Source of the DNA: a virus
IMG/VR virus record: IMGVR_UViG_3300010361_000003
Span: 5,470-69,469 of that record
Direction: 5' to 3' (one strand)
Length of the DNA: 64,000 nucleotides
Shown piece after piece: positions 17,666 to 28,733 of the stretch. Numbering within the stretch: the first letter of the stretch is position 1; every line of letters begins with the position of its first letter. The notes beneath the pieces were generated by a model, which did no database searches, had not been told where the DNA came from, and was given only the letters and a program-made list of their open reading frames with translations. A program made the translations under genes and the position numbers.

Positions 17666-20239
17666 ATGGCCGTCCCATTTATCAAGACATCAATGGCCGC
17701 AGGCGAGGTCTCACCTTCGTTCTTCGGGCATGTAGACAACCAAAGTTATGCGCTCGGCTTATCAACCTGTAGAAATGCTTTTATAAGCTATAGGGGCGGT
17801 GCCTACTCGCGGGCCGGGACCAAGTTTGTCGGCTACTCGGCGCAGACCACGCATAGCTTTCCGCCGCGGCTGATCACCTTCCGGTTCTCGATCAAGCAGG
17901 GGCTGATCCTCGAATTTGGCCACCTCTACATGCGGGTGATCCAGAACGGGGGCTTTGTCACCGAGAGCGCACAATCGGTCTCGGTCATCACCCAGGGCAG
18001 CCCGGTATCGGTGCAAACTTCTTCGTCGCACGGCTATGCGACCGGGGATTGGGTCTATTTGAGCGGCATCGCCGGGATGCCAGCACTGGAGGCGCAGACC
18101 TTTTACGCGGTCGTCACCGGGCCGACGACATTCTCGCTGTCAACACCGTTTGGAGCGCCGATCGACAGCACCAATTTTGGTGCCTACACCGGGGGCGGGA
18201 CAGCGGCGCGGATCTATACCCTGGTGACACCGTGGGCCGAGAAGGATCTGAAGTGGCTCAAATTTGACCAGTCGGCCGATGTCATGTCGATCTGCTGCTG
18301 GAACCAGGATGATGGCACGCTTTATCAGCCGCAGGAGCTCGCGCGGATCAGCAATAACAGCTGGACCCTGACCCCGGCCAATTTCGTCTCGACGGTCAGC
18401 CCGCCAGCCTCGGCACCGTCATTGACGTTGACGCATCCGGCCGGCGCGCTGGGCACCGCCGACAATAGTGCTGCCACCTATGCCTTTGGGATCACCGCGG
18501 TCAATCCGAACGACGGCTCGGAAAGTGTGATGACCGATCCGGGGATTGTCGGCGGCAGCGCCAATCTGGCGGTGACCTCGGGTAGCATCCTGTTGACTTG
18601 GCCCGCAGTCAGCGGGGTGCAGCAATACAACATCTATGCGGCCGAGCCGATCGCCGGGACCACCGCCGCGACACCGCCCTCGACGATGCCGGCCGGCGTG
18701 CTCTACGGCTATGTTGGGACAGCGCTGCAAACCAGCTTTACCTACGGCAACATCGTTCCTGATTTCAGCCAAGTGCCGCCGACACACTACAACCCCTTTA
18801 GCGGGACCGGGAACGATCCGAGTGTCGTGACCTATTTTCAGGAGCGGCGCGTCTACATGGCGACGCCTAACCAACCCGACACCTATTTTATGTCGCAGCC
18901 CGGCTCATTTCTCAATTTTGACCGGCGCATCCCGACCATCGACAGCGATTCGATCACCGGCACACCCTGGGCGCAAAAGGTCGACGGGATTCAGTTCGCG
19001 GTTGCGATGCCGGGCGGGCTCGTCGTGCTGACCGGCTCATCGGCGTGGCAGCTGACCGGGGTCGGCGGTTCGTCCCTTAATCCGCAACCGATAACTCCGG
19101 CCAATCAGCAGGCCCAGCCACAGGCCTACAATGGCTGCCACAGCCATATCCCGCCCGACAAGGTGAATTGGGAAGTGTTCTATGTCCAAGCCAAAGGCTC
19201 CCTGGTTCGCGCTTTTGCCTACAACTATTTTATCAACATCTACACGGGGATTGACCTGACCTATCTTTCCTCGCACCTATTTCTTGCTGCAGGTCAGGCC
19301 AATGCCGATGGCTCGATCCGCGAGTGGGCCTGGTCCGAGGAGCCTTACAAAGTGCGCTGGGTGGTGCGCGAGGACGGCACCTTGCTGAGCCTGACCTACC
19401 TGAAGGAGCAGGAGGTTGCCGGCTGGGCGCGGCACGACACCTTTGGCCAGTTTGTCAGCGTGGCGTCCTGCACCGAATTGCCGGTTGACGCGACCTATTT
19501 TGCCACCAGCCGCCCGAGCGGTCTGGGCACGGCCTATTTGATCGAGCGCATGGACAACCGGCTGTGGGAGAGCGTGCTTGACTGCTGGTGCGTTGATGCC
19601 GGGCTGGCATTGCCGCAAGGCAGCGGGCCGGTGACCAGGGTCACTGGGCTCAATCATCTGCTCGGGAACTATGTCGCTGCGATCATGGACGGGGTTCCGA
19701 TTGTCGGGCTCCTCGTCCAGCAATTCGGCGACGGTACGATCGGCGTCACCCTTCCGTTTCCGGCGAGCAATGTCAAGGTCGGTATCGGCTACACGGTGCA
19801 GGTGCAGAGCCTCTATCTCGATGCCGGGCAGCCGACGATCCAGGCGCGCCGCAAAAAGATCGCCAAGGCGGCGGTGCGGCTTGAGGCGAGTGCCGGGGTA
19901 CAGATCGGCTGCAACCAGCCTGACGCCAGCACTCAGAGCCCGCCGGCGAGCTTTGTCGAATGGTCAAATCTGACCTCGGTGCCTGATCGCGGGGTGCCCT
20001 TTACCAGCCCCGGCGGTGGTCAGGGAGTGAATTTGTGGACCGGCGATAGCCAGCCCTTGCCGCTGACCGGCGGCTATCAGGTGCCGGGACAGGTGTGTGC
20101 GCAGCAGCTCAATCCGCTGCCGATGCAGATCTTGGCCTTTATCCCGGAGATCCTGCCCGGCGACATCCCCGAGACCGATGCCAAGGAGCCACCGCCGCAG
20201 CGCCAGCAGCCGACCCGGCCGCAGGTGAGGGCGGCATGA
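17666..20239 (+). CDS. Tail nozzle (tail tubular protein B, T7 gp12/Bbp13-like)
   Basis: 857 aa; S...GEVSP, GGA.SR.GT.F, LEFG..YMR, QSADV, PS.V.YFQER, W.VR.DG.L..LTY..EQ.V.GW.RH. Confidence 0.9.
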   Translation: MAVPFIKTSMAAGEVSPSFFGHVDNQSYALGLSTCRNAFISYRGGAYSRAGTKFVGYSAQTTHSFPPRLITFRFSIKQGLILEFGHLYMRVIQNGGFVTESAQSVSVITQGSPVSVQTSSSHGYATGDWVYLSGIAGMPALEAQTFYAVVTGPTTFSLSTPFGAPIDSTNFGAYTGGGTAARIYTLVTPWAEKDLKWLKFDQSADVMSICCWNQDDGTLYQPQELARISNNSWTLTPANFVSTVSPPASAPSLTLTHPAGALGTADNSAATYAFGITAVNPNDGSESVMTDPGIVGGSANLAVTSGSILLTWPAVSGVQQYNIYAAEPIAGTTAATPPSTMPAGVLYGYVGTALQTSFTYGNIVPDFSQVPPTHYNPFSGTGNDPSVVTYFQERRVYMATPNQPDTYFMSQPGSFLNFDRRIPTIDSDSITGTPWAQKVDGIQFAVAMPGGLVVLTGSSAWQLTGVGGSSLNPQPITPANQQAQPQAYNGCHSHIPPDKVNWEVFYVQAKGSLVRAFAYNYFINIYTGIDLTYLSSHLFLAAGQANADGSIREWAWSEEPYKVRWVVREDGTLLSLTYLKEQEVAGWARHDTFGQFVSVASCTELPVDATYFATSRPSGLGTAYLIERMDNRLWESVLDCWCVDAGLALPQGSGPVTRVTGLNHLLGNYVAAIMDGVPIVGLLVQQFGDGTIGVTLPFPASNVKVGIGYTVQVQSLYLDAGQPTIQARRKKIAKAAVRLEASAGVQIGCNQPDASTQSPPASFVEWSNLTSVPDRGVPFTSPGGGQGVNLWTGDSQPLPLTGGYQVPGQVCAQQLNPLPMQILAFIPEILPGDIPETDAKEPPPQRQQPTRPQVRAA

Positions 20240-20691
20240 CGGTCTGCCGCATCATCCCCGCGCTGCCGGTGCATGTCGGCATCATCGCCGGTCAGCTGAC
20301 CTCCGAGGAGCGCGAGCGCTTTAAGGGCTATGGGCGCGATGCGCGGCGGGTGATTCGCGATTTCTTCCGGCGTTCGTCCTATCGGCGCACCGCCTTGCTT
20401 GATGATCGTCCGGCGGCACTGTGGGGCATAACCGGGACGCTGATCGAGCCCAGCGGCATCCTGTGGCTGCGGCTTTCAAGCACGGCGCGCAAGCGGGTGC
20501 GGCTGGTGATCAAGGAGGGCCGCGAGGAGCTCTGGCGCATATTGCAGATCCGCCGCGAGATCGTCTGCTACCTTCATGAAGAGGATATCGTCGCCCAGCG
20601 CTTTGCCGAGTTTTTCGGGTTTGAACTGGCGGCACCGGCGCAGGTTGAAGGGGTGGAGTTTATTGCTCGCCGAGGGGTTCTAAAGCGATGA
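20236..20691 (+). CDS. T7 gp13-like (GNAT-like fold) tail assembly/internal virion protein
   Basis: Position after the nozzle; 'P.A.WG...G.LWL' and 'RF.EF.GF' motifs. Confidence 0.65.
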   Translation: MTVCRIIPALPVHVGIIAGQLTSEERERFKGYGRDARRVIRDFFRRSSYRRTALLDDRPAALWGITGTLIEPSGILWLRLSSTARKRVRLVIKEGREELWRILQIRREIVCYLHEEDIVAQRFAEFFGFELAAPAQVEGVEFIARRGVLKR

Positions 20692-21239
20692 GTTTTATCG
20701 CTCCGGCAATCCCTATCATCTCAGCGGTAGCGGGTGTTGCTGGGGCTGGGATCGGTGCTGTTGGCACGATGCAGCAAGGTGCTGCGACCGCCGCCAATGC
20801 CCGTTATCAGGCACAGATCGCCGCCAACAATGAGATCATCGCCAACCAGAACGCCGCCTATGCCGCAGCGGCGGGCCAGACACGGGCGGCGACCGTCAGC
20901 CGTGCGGGTGCGGCTCGCCTCGCGCAGATTCGCGCCGCCGCGGGGGCCTCCGGGATCGATGTCAATACCGGGTCAGCCGCCGATGTGCAGACCTCCGAGC
21001 GCGAGACCGTAAAGCTCTCGGCGCTGACCGAGGAAAACAACGCGCTCTTACAGGCCTATGGTTATCGTGCGGCGGCGACCGGATTTGGTGCCGAGTCCGA
21101 GCTGCAGTTGCAGGAGGCGCGGCAGGCACCGATCGGGGCCATGCTTGCGGCGGGCGGTGGTCTACTCGGGAGTGCCTCATCGCTTGGGTTCAAGTGGGGC
21201 AGCATCGGGCAAAATCCAGCCACCACGAGCACCAGCTAG
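20688..21239 (+). CDS. Internal virion (ejection) protein, gp14-like
   Basis: Ala/Gly-rich with hydrophobic ends; A..GASG.D...GS motif. Confidence 0.75.
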   Translation: MSFIAPAIPIISAVAGVAGAGIGAVGTMQQGAATAANARYQAQIAANNEIIANQNAAYAAAAGQTRAATVSRAGAARLAQIRAAAGASGIDVNTGSAADVQTSERETVKLSALTEENNALLQAYGYRAAATGFGAESELQLQEARQAPIGAMLAAGGGLLGSASSLGFKWGSIGQNPATTSTS

Positions 21240-24161
21240 ATGGCGCAGTCCCGCTACTCTGAGGGAGTGCCGAGCGTCGAGCCGCAGGTCGGCGTTCCCA
21301 ACCGCTATCTCAATGTGCCCTCGACCCCGGCCGAATTTGGCGGACTCATCGGCGCCGGCATGGAAAGGCTGGGGGCGGGAGCCCTCAAGGCTGGGCAATT
21401 TTACGGCCAGGTCGCGGCCGACGAGGCGACCAATCAATACATGGAGGAAAGCCGCAAGCTCCTCAAAGGTGATCCAAACGACATCCAGCGTGATGAGCAA
21501 GGCAATCCCATTCTCGACGAGAAGGGGCAGACGATGCCAGATCGCGGGTTCTTTGGCTTGGAAGGTGCGGCGGCAATGCGGGCGCAGCCGCGGCTTGAGC
21601 AGCAACTCGCCGATCTGCGCACTCGCATCCACGGGTCAATGCTAACCGGGGAGCAGGCGCTACGGTTTGACGAAGATACCCGCCGCATGCAGTACTACCA
21701 GAGCTTGCAGATCGGCAGCCATGCCGAGCAGCAGGCCCATGTCTGGGCGCAACGCGTCGAGGCGGCTTCCGGGACCAATGCCAAGCAGGGCATTGCCGAG
21801 GCGGCGCTATCTGGCGACCAGGATGCCCTCAGACGTTCCGAGAATGATCTGATCGGCAGCAAGGTCCAGACCGCGCACCGCCTGGGTGCGCAACCGGGCG
21901 ATGATGTCTGGGAGGCGGCCAAGCGGCAGGGCAAGCAGGAATCGGTCGAGACCCAGATCCTGGCGGCGATCGGTGCCAATGACGGAGCCAAAGCCAAGGC
22001 ACTCTATGATGCCAACCAGCCGCTGCTCGCGGGTCTGCCGCACTTTGATCAGCTGACCCAGCATGTCACCAATTTCGCCGACAAGAGCATCGGGCAGGCG
22101 GCGGGTCGGGCGGCGTTTTTTGGGACTGGCGGTGGCGAGGGGCAAGATGTTGGAGAGGCGACGCCTAATGCTTTTCTTGCCTCGCAGCGGGCTGGATTCA
22201 AGGAAGAGCTGGATCGCAATCCGCAGCTAAAAAAGCGCCTTGCCGCAGTCATCGATATTGAGCACCCCGAAGCGGGCACGGCGGTTGCTGAAAGCCTGAT
22301 GAATCGAATGGCCATGTCCGGCGGTTCGATCGAGAGCGGCATCGGCGGCGGAGCAAACAGCTTTTATGGTCCAGTGCGCCGCGGCGAGGATGTCGGCCGT
22401 GTGCGCGAGTTGGAAGCCAACCCAGAGCGTATGCGAGCACGGTTGCAGCAGATCGATCAGGCGCTCGCCGGCAGCAACATTGTCAGAGGCCACACCGATC
22501 AAGGCAGTCTTGGCGATCCAAATTATGAGGCAGGCGGCATCGGGGTGAATATAGCGGGTGAGCGATTTAACGATTGGGGTGGCCACACCGGCGGTGTTGA
22601 GGCGGCTCGGCAATGGCGATTGCAACAGCAGTCACAAATCGGTGGTGGTTCGCAAGCCCCAGTTCGGCTCGCAGCCGCAGGCGAACCAACAGCTGCTGCT
22701 GCGGCACCGCCGTCACAAGGCTATTTCCCGACCCGTGACGAGGTCATCGGACGCATCCCCGAGGGGCTCTCGGATGGAGCCTATGCCCATGCATTTTCCG
22801 AGGCCAGCAAACTCTATAACCATGCCCTTCAGGCCACCTCGGCGCAACGCGCGCAGCAGAAGGCGGAAATCCGCAACGGCATCCCGATGCTCGAAGACGG
22901 GCACGAGTTCAACTACGATCCGAACCGCATCCGGTCATTGTTCCCGCGCGAGCAAGCCGAGCAGTATCTCGATCTGCTTGACGATGCCAAGACGATTGGC
23001 CAGCAGAAGATCGCGGTGCGCGGCATGTCCTTTTCCCAAGCGCTTGATCAGCAGGCCGCCAATCATGCGCAACTCGAAAAGGCCCCGCCTGCCGAATATA
23101 ACAAGATGAAGAAGATGTCGGACGCTTTTGACAAAGCATCCGATCAGCACTTCAAGGCATTGTTTGCCGATCCGGCGGGTTATCTGACAACCTATAATCC
23201 GCAGCTTGAGCAGCTGCGCCAGGCGGCGGGACAGGAAACTCCCGAGCAGATGCAGGCCGATCGGACACAAGGAGTGCCGACGGCCTTTGAGAAGTATGTC
23301 TCGGCGCTGACCGAAGAGGAAACTCGGCTTGGTGTTCCCGAGGAATACCAGCATGTGCTCGGGGTTACCGGAGCACCAAAGATGGCAGCCGATATCATGG
23401 CCAATCCCTCGCAGGCGCCGACCAAGATCCGCCAGATGGAACAGCAATATGGTTCGGCGTGGCCCGCCGTGTGGAATGATCTTGTCAGTGTCGGCAAGAT
23501 GCCGACCGGCTATCAGGCTTTGGGGGTGCTAGAAGAGGCCGATGCCGAGCAACTCGCCCGCGGGCTCGGGGCGGGCAAGGAGGGCAAGGCCTGGGATACG
23601 CTGATCGGGGCAACCATCAAAAACGATATCTCCAAGGGGGTCAGAAGCGACGAGAGCGTGCAGAAGTTGTTGACCTCGATCCGCATGGAAGGGGCGACCC
23701 CAACCCAGATTGCCGACTTTCTCGGGACCATCGACACGCTGGCATTTAGCAAGCAGCTGGAGGGGGATACGGCACCCGCTGCCAATGCCGCCAAGGCGTT
23801 TACCAGTCTTTACAGCTTTATGCCAAACGGCGGCGCGCGGGTTCCGGTCAAGCAATACGATGCCGTCAGCGCAAATGCCCGGGCCGCACTCAATGATCTG
23901 AAAGCTGACAATCTGACGATCCCGCCGGGGTTTTCTAGCGGGCGTCCAGGGATGCCGACCCCGGAAGACTATGTGGGGTTGATCCAGGCGGCCCCGACTT
24001 GGGTCAACACGCAGGGTGATTCGATCATGCTGATGAGCGGCACGCCCCTGTCGCGGATTGTACGCGACAAGGCGGGACAGCCGATCACTGTTAAATTTAA
24101 CGCAGCCCCGCCAGCGCCGAGCGAGCCTATCGTGCCGCCATTGCAAGCCCCGCCAATGTGA
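21240..24161 (+). CDS. Internal virion (ejection) protein, gp15-like
   Basis: 973 aa helical Ala/Gln-rich protein in the ejectosome position. Confidence 0.7.
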   Translation: MAQSRYSEGVPSVEPQVGVPNRYLNVPSTPAEFGGLIGAGMERLGAGALKAGQFYGQVAADEATNQYMEESRKLLKGDPNDIQRDEQGNPILDEKGQTMPDRGFFGLEGAAAMRAQPRLEQQLADLRTRIHGSMLTGEQALRFDEDTRRMQYYQSLQIGSHAEQQAHVWAQRVEAASGTNAKQGIAEAALSGDQDALRRSENDLIGSKVQTAHRLGAQPGDDVWEAAKRQGKQESVETQILAAIGANDGAKAKALYDANQPLLAGLPHFDQLTQHVTNFADKSIGQAAGRAAFFGTGGGEGQDVGEATPNAFLASQRAGFKEELDRNPQLKKRLAAVIDIEHPEAGTAVAESLMNRMAMSGGSIESGIGGGANSFYGPVRRGEDVGRVRELEANPERMRARLQQIDQALAGSNIVRGHTDQGSLGDPNYEAGGIGVNIAGERFNDWGGHTGGVEAARQWRLQQQSQIGGGSQAPVRLAAAGEPTAAAAAPPSQGYFPTRDEVIGRIPEGLSDGAYAHAFSEASKLYNHALQATSAQRAQQKAEIRNGIPMLEDGHEFNYDPNRIRSLFPREQAEQYLDLLDDAKTIGQQKIAVRGMSFSQALDQQAANHAQLEKAPPAEYNKMKKMSDAFDKASDQHFKALFADPAGYLTTYNPQLEQLRQAAGQETPEQMQADRTQGVPTAFEKYVSALTEEETRLGVPEEYQHVLGVTGAPKMAADIMANPSQAPTKIRQMEQQYGSAWPAVWNDLVSVGKMPTGYQALGVLEEADAEQLARGLGAGKEGKAWDTLIGATIKNDISKGVRSDESVQKLLTSIRMEGATPTQIADFLGTIDTLAFSKQLEGDTAPAANAAKAFTSLYSFMPNGGARVPVKQYDAVSANARAALNDLKADNLTIPPGFSSGRPGMPTPEDYVGLIQAAPTWVNTQGDSIMLMSGTPLSRIVRDKAGQPITVKFNAAPPAPSEPIVPPLQAPPM

Positions 24162-25936
24162 TGCCGGATTTCATCTTTAATCGGCCGCAGCCGGAATCGC
24201 CTGAATGGGCGATGGAGCAGCAGGATCTGATGACCCCGCCGAGTTTGGGGCAGGCCTTCACCTCGGGGGTTGCGGAGACCACCGGCGCGATCGGCCGCTT
24301 TCTTGAAGAGAGCCTCTACGAGCCCGAGGGGTTGGCGGCGCGGATCGGCCGCGGCATGACGGCAACCGCCGAGATCGAGGGTGGTGTCCCGCCCGAGCAA
24401 CGGGTCTTTGGTCAGGATTTTGGTGCTGCACCCTTGCCTGATCCCGAGCAGGTTCCGGCCGACCAGATCAACGCGCAGGCTGGTGCGCACATCACCGATA
24501 AGCCGATGGGGCGCCACCTCGCCGATCTCTTGATCTCGGCCAAGCAAAAGGAGACCGAGCGCGAGAACATCTGGGCGCGCTATTCAAATGCCCATTCCTG
24601 GCCGGTCAATCTCGCGGTCGGCACCGCCTCGTTTCTGGCCGATCCGCTTAATGCGGCGACCCTTTTTGTTCCGCCGCTTGGTGAGGAGGCCTTGCTGGCG
24701 CGGCTGGGCGGCGGTGTGGTCGCCAGAACGGTAGCTGGTGCTGCTGGGTTGGCAGCGGGAGCTACCGTAGCCCAGGCCCCGCTGACCGCGCTCAAATACG
24801 GGATCGGTCGGGAAGAACGCAGCGATTATGATCTGCGTGCGGCCTTTGGCGACCTCGCCGCTAATGCCGTAGCTGGGGCAGTCTTTGGGGCCGGCTTTGG
24901 TGCATTGCGGGGAATGCTGCATGGACATGGGATCACACCAGAAGTCGTCGGCCGAGCGGAAGGCGTTGCTCCTGAAATACCGCCGGGCCTCGCGCCGGGT
25001 GTGGCGAGTGCGCAAAAGATTGCAAGCGATGCGGCAGCGATACTTGATGCGCCGGCAGACGCCCAGCACGCCGCCCTGAGTTCGGCGGTCTCACAGCTTG
25101 CGGAAGGTTGGCCGGTCGAGGTCGAGCCATTCTTTCGCTGGCCTGAGCCGCCGCCGGAAGGATGGCCGGCTGAGGCTGGCCCGACAGGTCGAACTGGCAG
25201 CCCCGCCGAGTGGGTGGCCCAGCTAGAGCAGCTGGCCAGAGAGGGCTACGGCAATGGCGTGCCGCAACAGGAATTCGATGCGGTGCGTCAGGCGCTGGCC
25301 GAGCGGGCGACCGAGCCGCCGGTCAAGCCAGCCGAGGAGAAGCTGCCCGAGGGCTGGGGCAAACCTGAGCCGCCACCGGAAGCTGCTCCGGGAAGAGTGC
25401 AGGAAGCCCCTCAAGACATAATTACCGGCGCTGATTTTAGAGATCGCATCACCGCATTAGGCGGCGACATGGGCAGGGCCTCGGACGAATTGGCCGCGCG
25501 GGTTCAAACGGCCTTGGCCGAAGGTCGTCCGGTCATTCTTTATGCCGATGGGAAACCGATACCGATTACCTCGGTAAACCGCGGCATGATGAGCAGCGCC
25601 GATGGTCTGCGCTGGGGAACGATGAGTCTGGCCACCGAGCGCGGAATGGCCAATCGCGTCGAAATCGGGCGACCGCCCGAAATAGCCGAACCACCTGAGC
25701 CAGCCGCGCGTCCTGCGGAAGCCGAAGCTCCGGCTGAGGCCGAGGCTGCACCGGCCGCCGATCCGGAAATTGCTGCGGCTGAGGCTCTCTATGCCCGATC
25801 ACAGGAGGGTGCGATGCCATTGCTTCCCGAGGAGCGGGCCAATCTTGACGAGACCGAGGCAGCGCTGACCAAGGCCCAACAAACCGACCAAGCGCTGCAA
25901 GAGGCGGCAGCCTGTCTAAAGGAGGCGGGAGCGTAA
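24158..25936 (+). CDS. Internal virion (ejection) protein
   Basis: DPLN motif and Gly/Ala hydrophobic segments; ends AAACL as in related podovirus ejection proteins. Confidence 0.65.
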   Translation: MMPDFIFNRPQPESPEWAMEQQDLMTPPSLGQAFTSGVAETTGAIGRFLEESLYEPEGLAARIGRGMTATAEIEGGVPPEQRVFGQDFGAAPLPDPEQVPADQINAQAGAHITDKPMGRHLADLLISAKQKETERENIWARYSNAHSWPVNLAVGTASFLADPLNAATLFVPPLGEEALLARLGGGVVARTVAGAAGLAAGATVAQAPLTALKYGIGREERSDYDLRAAFGDLAANAVAGAVFGAGFGALRGMLHGHGITPEVVGRAEGVAPEIPPGLAPGVASAQKIASDAAAILDAPADAQHAALSSAVSQLAEGWPVEVEPFFRWPEPPPEGWPAEAGPTGRTGSPAEWVAQLEQLAREGYGNGVPQQEFDAVRQALAERATEPPVKPAEEKLPEGWGKPEPPPEAAPGRVQEAPQDIITGADFRDRITALGGDMGRASDELAARVQTALAEGRPVILYADGKPIPITSVNRGMMSSADGLRWGTMSLATERGMANRVEIGRPPEIAEPPEPAARPAEAEAPAEAEAAPAADPEIAAAEALYARSQEGAMPLLPEERANLDETEAALTKAQQTDQALQEAAACLKEAGA

Positions 25937-28543
25937 ATGGCGCGTAGCATTGAGGCCTGCATCGCCCGGGTCGCCGCGCGTGGCCGCATCGGGCAGAAGG
26001 AAGCGCAGCAACTGATCGAGGATCTGGCCGAGCGCGCCGAGAACATGCGGCGTACCGGAGCTGATGATCCGGTCGTGACGGCGGCCTGGGATATGGCCCG
26101 CAAGATGAAGGAAGGGGCCAAGGCCGATCGTATCGATGCGCTGCGCAATGCGACGATCCGCAACAACATCCTCACCCGGATCGATCGCGAAGGCGGGATC
26201 GCCAAGGCTGATCAGACCATTCGCTCGGTATTGCATTCGGTGCCGGGAGCAAATGTCGCCGATAGCATCGAGGGGCGCTGGCATGGTCTCTCCCGGTCAT
26301 GGCGGGCTTCGCTCGGGTTTGAGCTCAGCAAGAACGGTGTGCTTGAGGCGGCGATCTCCGGTCACCTTGATAACGAGGTTGCCGAGGCGCTATGGCGTGC
26401 GCATGGCGGTGCCCCCGACAGCACGGTGACAGTCTCGACCCCGGCACAGAAGATCGCCGATGCCATCGCCCCGCGGCTTGATCTTGCCCGCGATCGCCAG
26501 AATGCCGAGGGGGCGAGGATCGGCGATGCCGTTGATTATGTGACGCGCTCGACCTGGGATTCGCGGCAGTTGCGCCGGGCGGCTGGCCCCGGTGCTGCGC
26601 GCGAGGATGCGTTTCAGGCATGGTGGCGGCGCGAGCGACCGCGCATGGCCGACAAGACCTTTGACGATGTGACCCCGATGGAGGGTGAGACAATAGCCGA
26701 TGCCGAGGAACGCATGGGCCGCTCGATCTATGATGCGACCGAGAGCGGCATCCATATGCGCAATGTTTTCAGCGGCGCTGCTGCCGACGATATCGGCCCG
26801 GCTTTCAACCGCGCCTTTGAAGGGAGCAGTAACCTCGCCCGCCGCGCCTCGCAGCAGCGGGTGGTATTCTGGAAAGATGCCGCCTCCTGGCTCGCCCACC
26901 AGCGCGAGTTTGGCGGTGGCGACAGCATCTATGCGCAGGTTGACCGGACCTTGGATCAAGGAGCACGGCGCACCGCATTGATGCATGGACTCGGGACCAA
27001 TCCGGCCGGCAATCTCGAAATGATCCTTCGCAAGGTGCAGGAGCGCTACCGCACCGAGGATGGTTTGGAGGCTTTTAATAAGCGCATCCAAGGCATCCGG
27101 AATGTCATGGGACGGCTTGACGGCACACTCAACATCCCGGTCAATGTCGACCACGCGCAACGTGCCGAGAATCTGCTGATGTGGGAGGCGATGGCCCATC
27201 TCGGCGGGGTCTCGATCACCCATATCGCTGCCGCTCCGGCCACCGTGACAGCCGAGCTCGCCCAGCATGGCGTCTCGCATCTGGAAGGCTTGGGCCGTGT
27301 GCTCAAGGCCCTATTGACCGGCAGAGGCTCACTGGAGAAACAAGAAATCCTGAATGATGCCGGGGCCTACGCTCACGGTTACGCGCTACAGATCGCCTCA
27401 AAATGGCAGCCAGGCGATGGACTTCCAGGGTTTATGAGCTGGGCCGCCGCGCATTTTATGCGGTTGACTCCGCTTGAGCATTTTCTTAGCCGCTTTCAAA
27501 CCGATGGTGTCAAGTCAGTGCTGATGACGCGACTTGGCAGAATGGCCGAGCAATCCTTTGACCGGCTTGATCCGCTCCAGGCGCGCATTCTCAACCGCTA
27601 TGGCATCGGCACCGATGAATGGGATTTGCTGCGCCGCACAAGCGAGCCGCTGCATGTCGAGGGCCAGCGTTACATCACGCCGCGCGATGCGCTGCATACC
27701 GATCCCGAGGCGGTTAAGGCGCTCCTTGAGGCGCGGGGATTGCCGTCCTCGCCCAAAGAGGTCGAGCGCTTTCAGTGGGATCTCGGTGACCGCTATCTGA
27801 TGTATCTCAACGATGCCGCCGAACATTCCACGGTGACACCGGGGGTGCGCGAGCGGGCATTGGCTTATGGGGAATCGCGACCGGGCAGCTGGGGCTATAC
27901 GCTGCGGCGTTTTACCGCCCAGTTCAAGATGTGGCCGATCGCGGCGTGGAACCAGATTATCACCCGCGAGATCGGTTACAACCTCGCGAGCAAGGCGCGC
28001 ATCGCGAAAAATCTCGGCTGGCTGCTCGCGTTCTCAACCGCTGGCGGGGCTTTGCGGATGTCAATCAATGATGCCCTGGTCGGTAATCCGCAGCGCAATT
28101 ACATGAACCCGGTGACCCTGCTCGCGGCCCTGGCGCAAGGCGGCGGCCTCGGGATCTTTGGCGACTTTCTATTTGGCGAGACCAGCCGCATGGGTGCGGG
28201 TCTTGTCTCCACTGCTGCCGGTCCGGTCTTCAGTCTTGCCGATCGGGTTGTGCAAGTTGCGCAACGCTTTAAGGCCGACCTAAAAGATCAGCCCGACAAA
28301 GCTGTGCAGCATCTCTGGCCGGATCTCGTGCATGTCGTCGTCAGCCAGATCCCGTTTGCCAATCTGTTCTATCTCAAAGGCGCGCTTGATTACCTACTAT
28401 GGTATCACCTCTATGAAGCGGCGAGCCCCGGCTGGTGGGAGCGCACCAATCGGCGGCTGATCAAGGAACGCGGGCGGCCGATGCAGGGCTATCGGCCGGG
28501 TGGTCCGATCCCCTGGAACCCGCTGCCGGGGATTGCCGCATAA
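25937..28543 (+). CDS. Large internal virion (ejection) protein, gp16-like
   Basis: 868 aa; QFK.WP, QGGGLGIFGDFL, IPF.NLFY motifs of BPP-1/APSE-type large ejection proteins. Confidence 0.8.
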   Translation: MARSIEACIARVAARGRIGQKEAQQLIEDLAERAENMRRTGADDPVVTAAWDMARKMKEGAKADRIDALRNATIRNNILTRIDREGGIAKADQTIRSVLHSVPGANVADSIEGRWHGLSRSWRASLGFELSKNGVLEAAISGHLDNEVAEALWRAHGGAPDSTVTVSTPAQKIADAIAPRLDLARDRQNAEGARIGDAVDYVTRSTWDSRQLRRAAGPGAAREDAFQAWWRRERPRMADKTFDDVTPMEGETIADAEERMGRSIYDATESGIHMRNVFSGAAADDIGPAFNRAFEGSSNLARRASQQRVVFWKDAASWLAHQREFGGGDSIYAQVDRTLDQGARRTALMHGLGTNPAGNLEMILRKVQERYRTEDGLEAFNKRIQGIRNVMGRLDGTLNIPVNVDHAQRAENLLMWEAMAHLGGVSITHIAAAPATVTAELAQHGVSHLEGLGRVLKALLTGRGSLEKQEILNDAGAYAHGYALQIASKWQPGDGLPGFMSWAAAHFMRLTPLEHFLSRFQTDGVKSVLMTRLGRMAEQSFDRLDPLQARILNRYGIGTDEWDLLRRTSEPLHVEGQRYITPRDALHTDPEAVKALLEARGLPSSPKEVERFQWDLGDRYLMYLNDAAEHSTVTPGVRERALAYGESRPGSWGYTLRRFTAQFKMWPIAAWNQIITREIGYNLASKARIAKNLGWLLAFSTAGGALRMSINDALVGNPQRNYMNPVTLLAALAQGGGLGIFGDFLFGETSRMGAGLVSTAAGPVFSLADRVVQVAQRFKADLKDQPDKAVQHLWPDLVHVVVSQIPFANLFYLKGALDYLLWYHLYEAASPGWWERTNRRLIKERGRPMQGYRPGGPIPWNPLPGIAA

Positions 28544-28733
28544 TGGCCCGTCACCGTGCGAAAACTATGTCGGTCAAGCCTCGCGGTGAGGCCGTTGCTG
28601 CAGCATCAGCCTCACCGCCGCCCGCCGCCGCGCCACGCTCGGCGACCAAACCAGCGCGCATGCCGGCGCGCACCCAACCGCGCAACTACACGCTCGCCCC
28701 CACCGCCCAACATCAACTGCGAGGCCACCAGGA

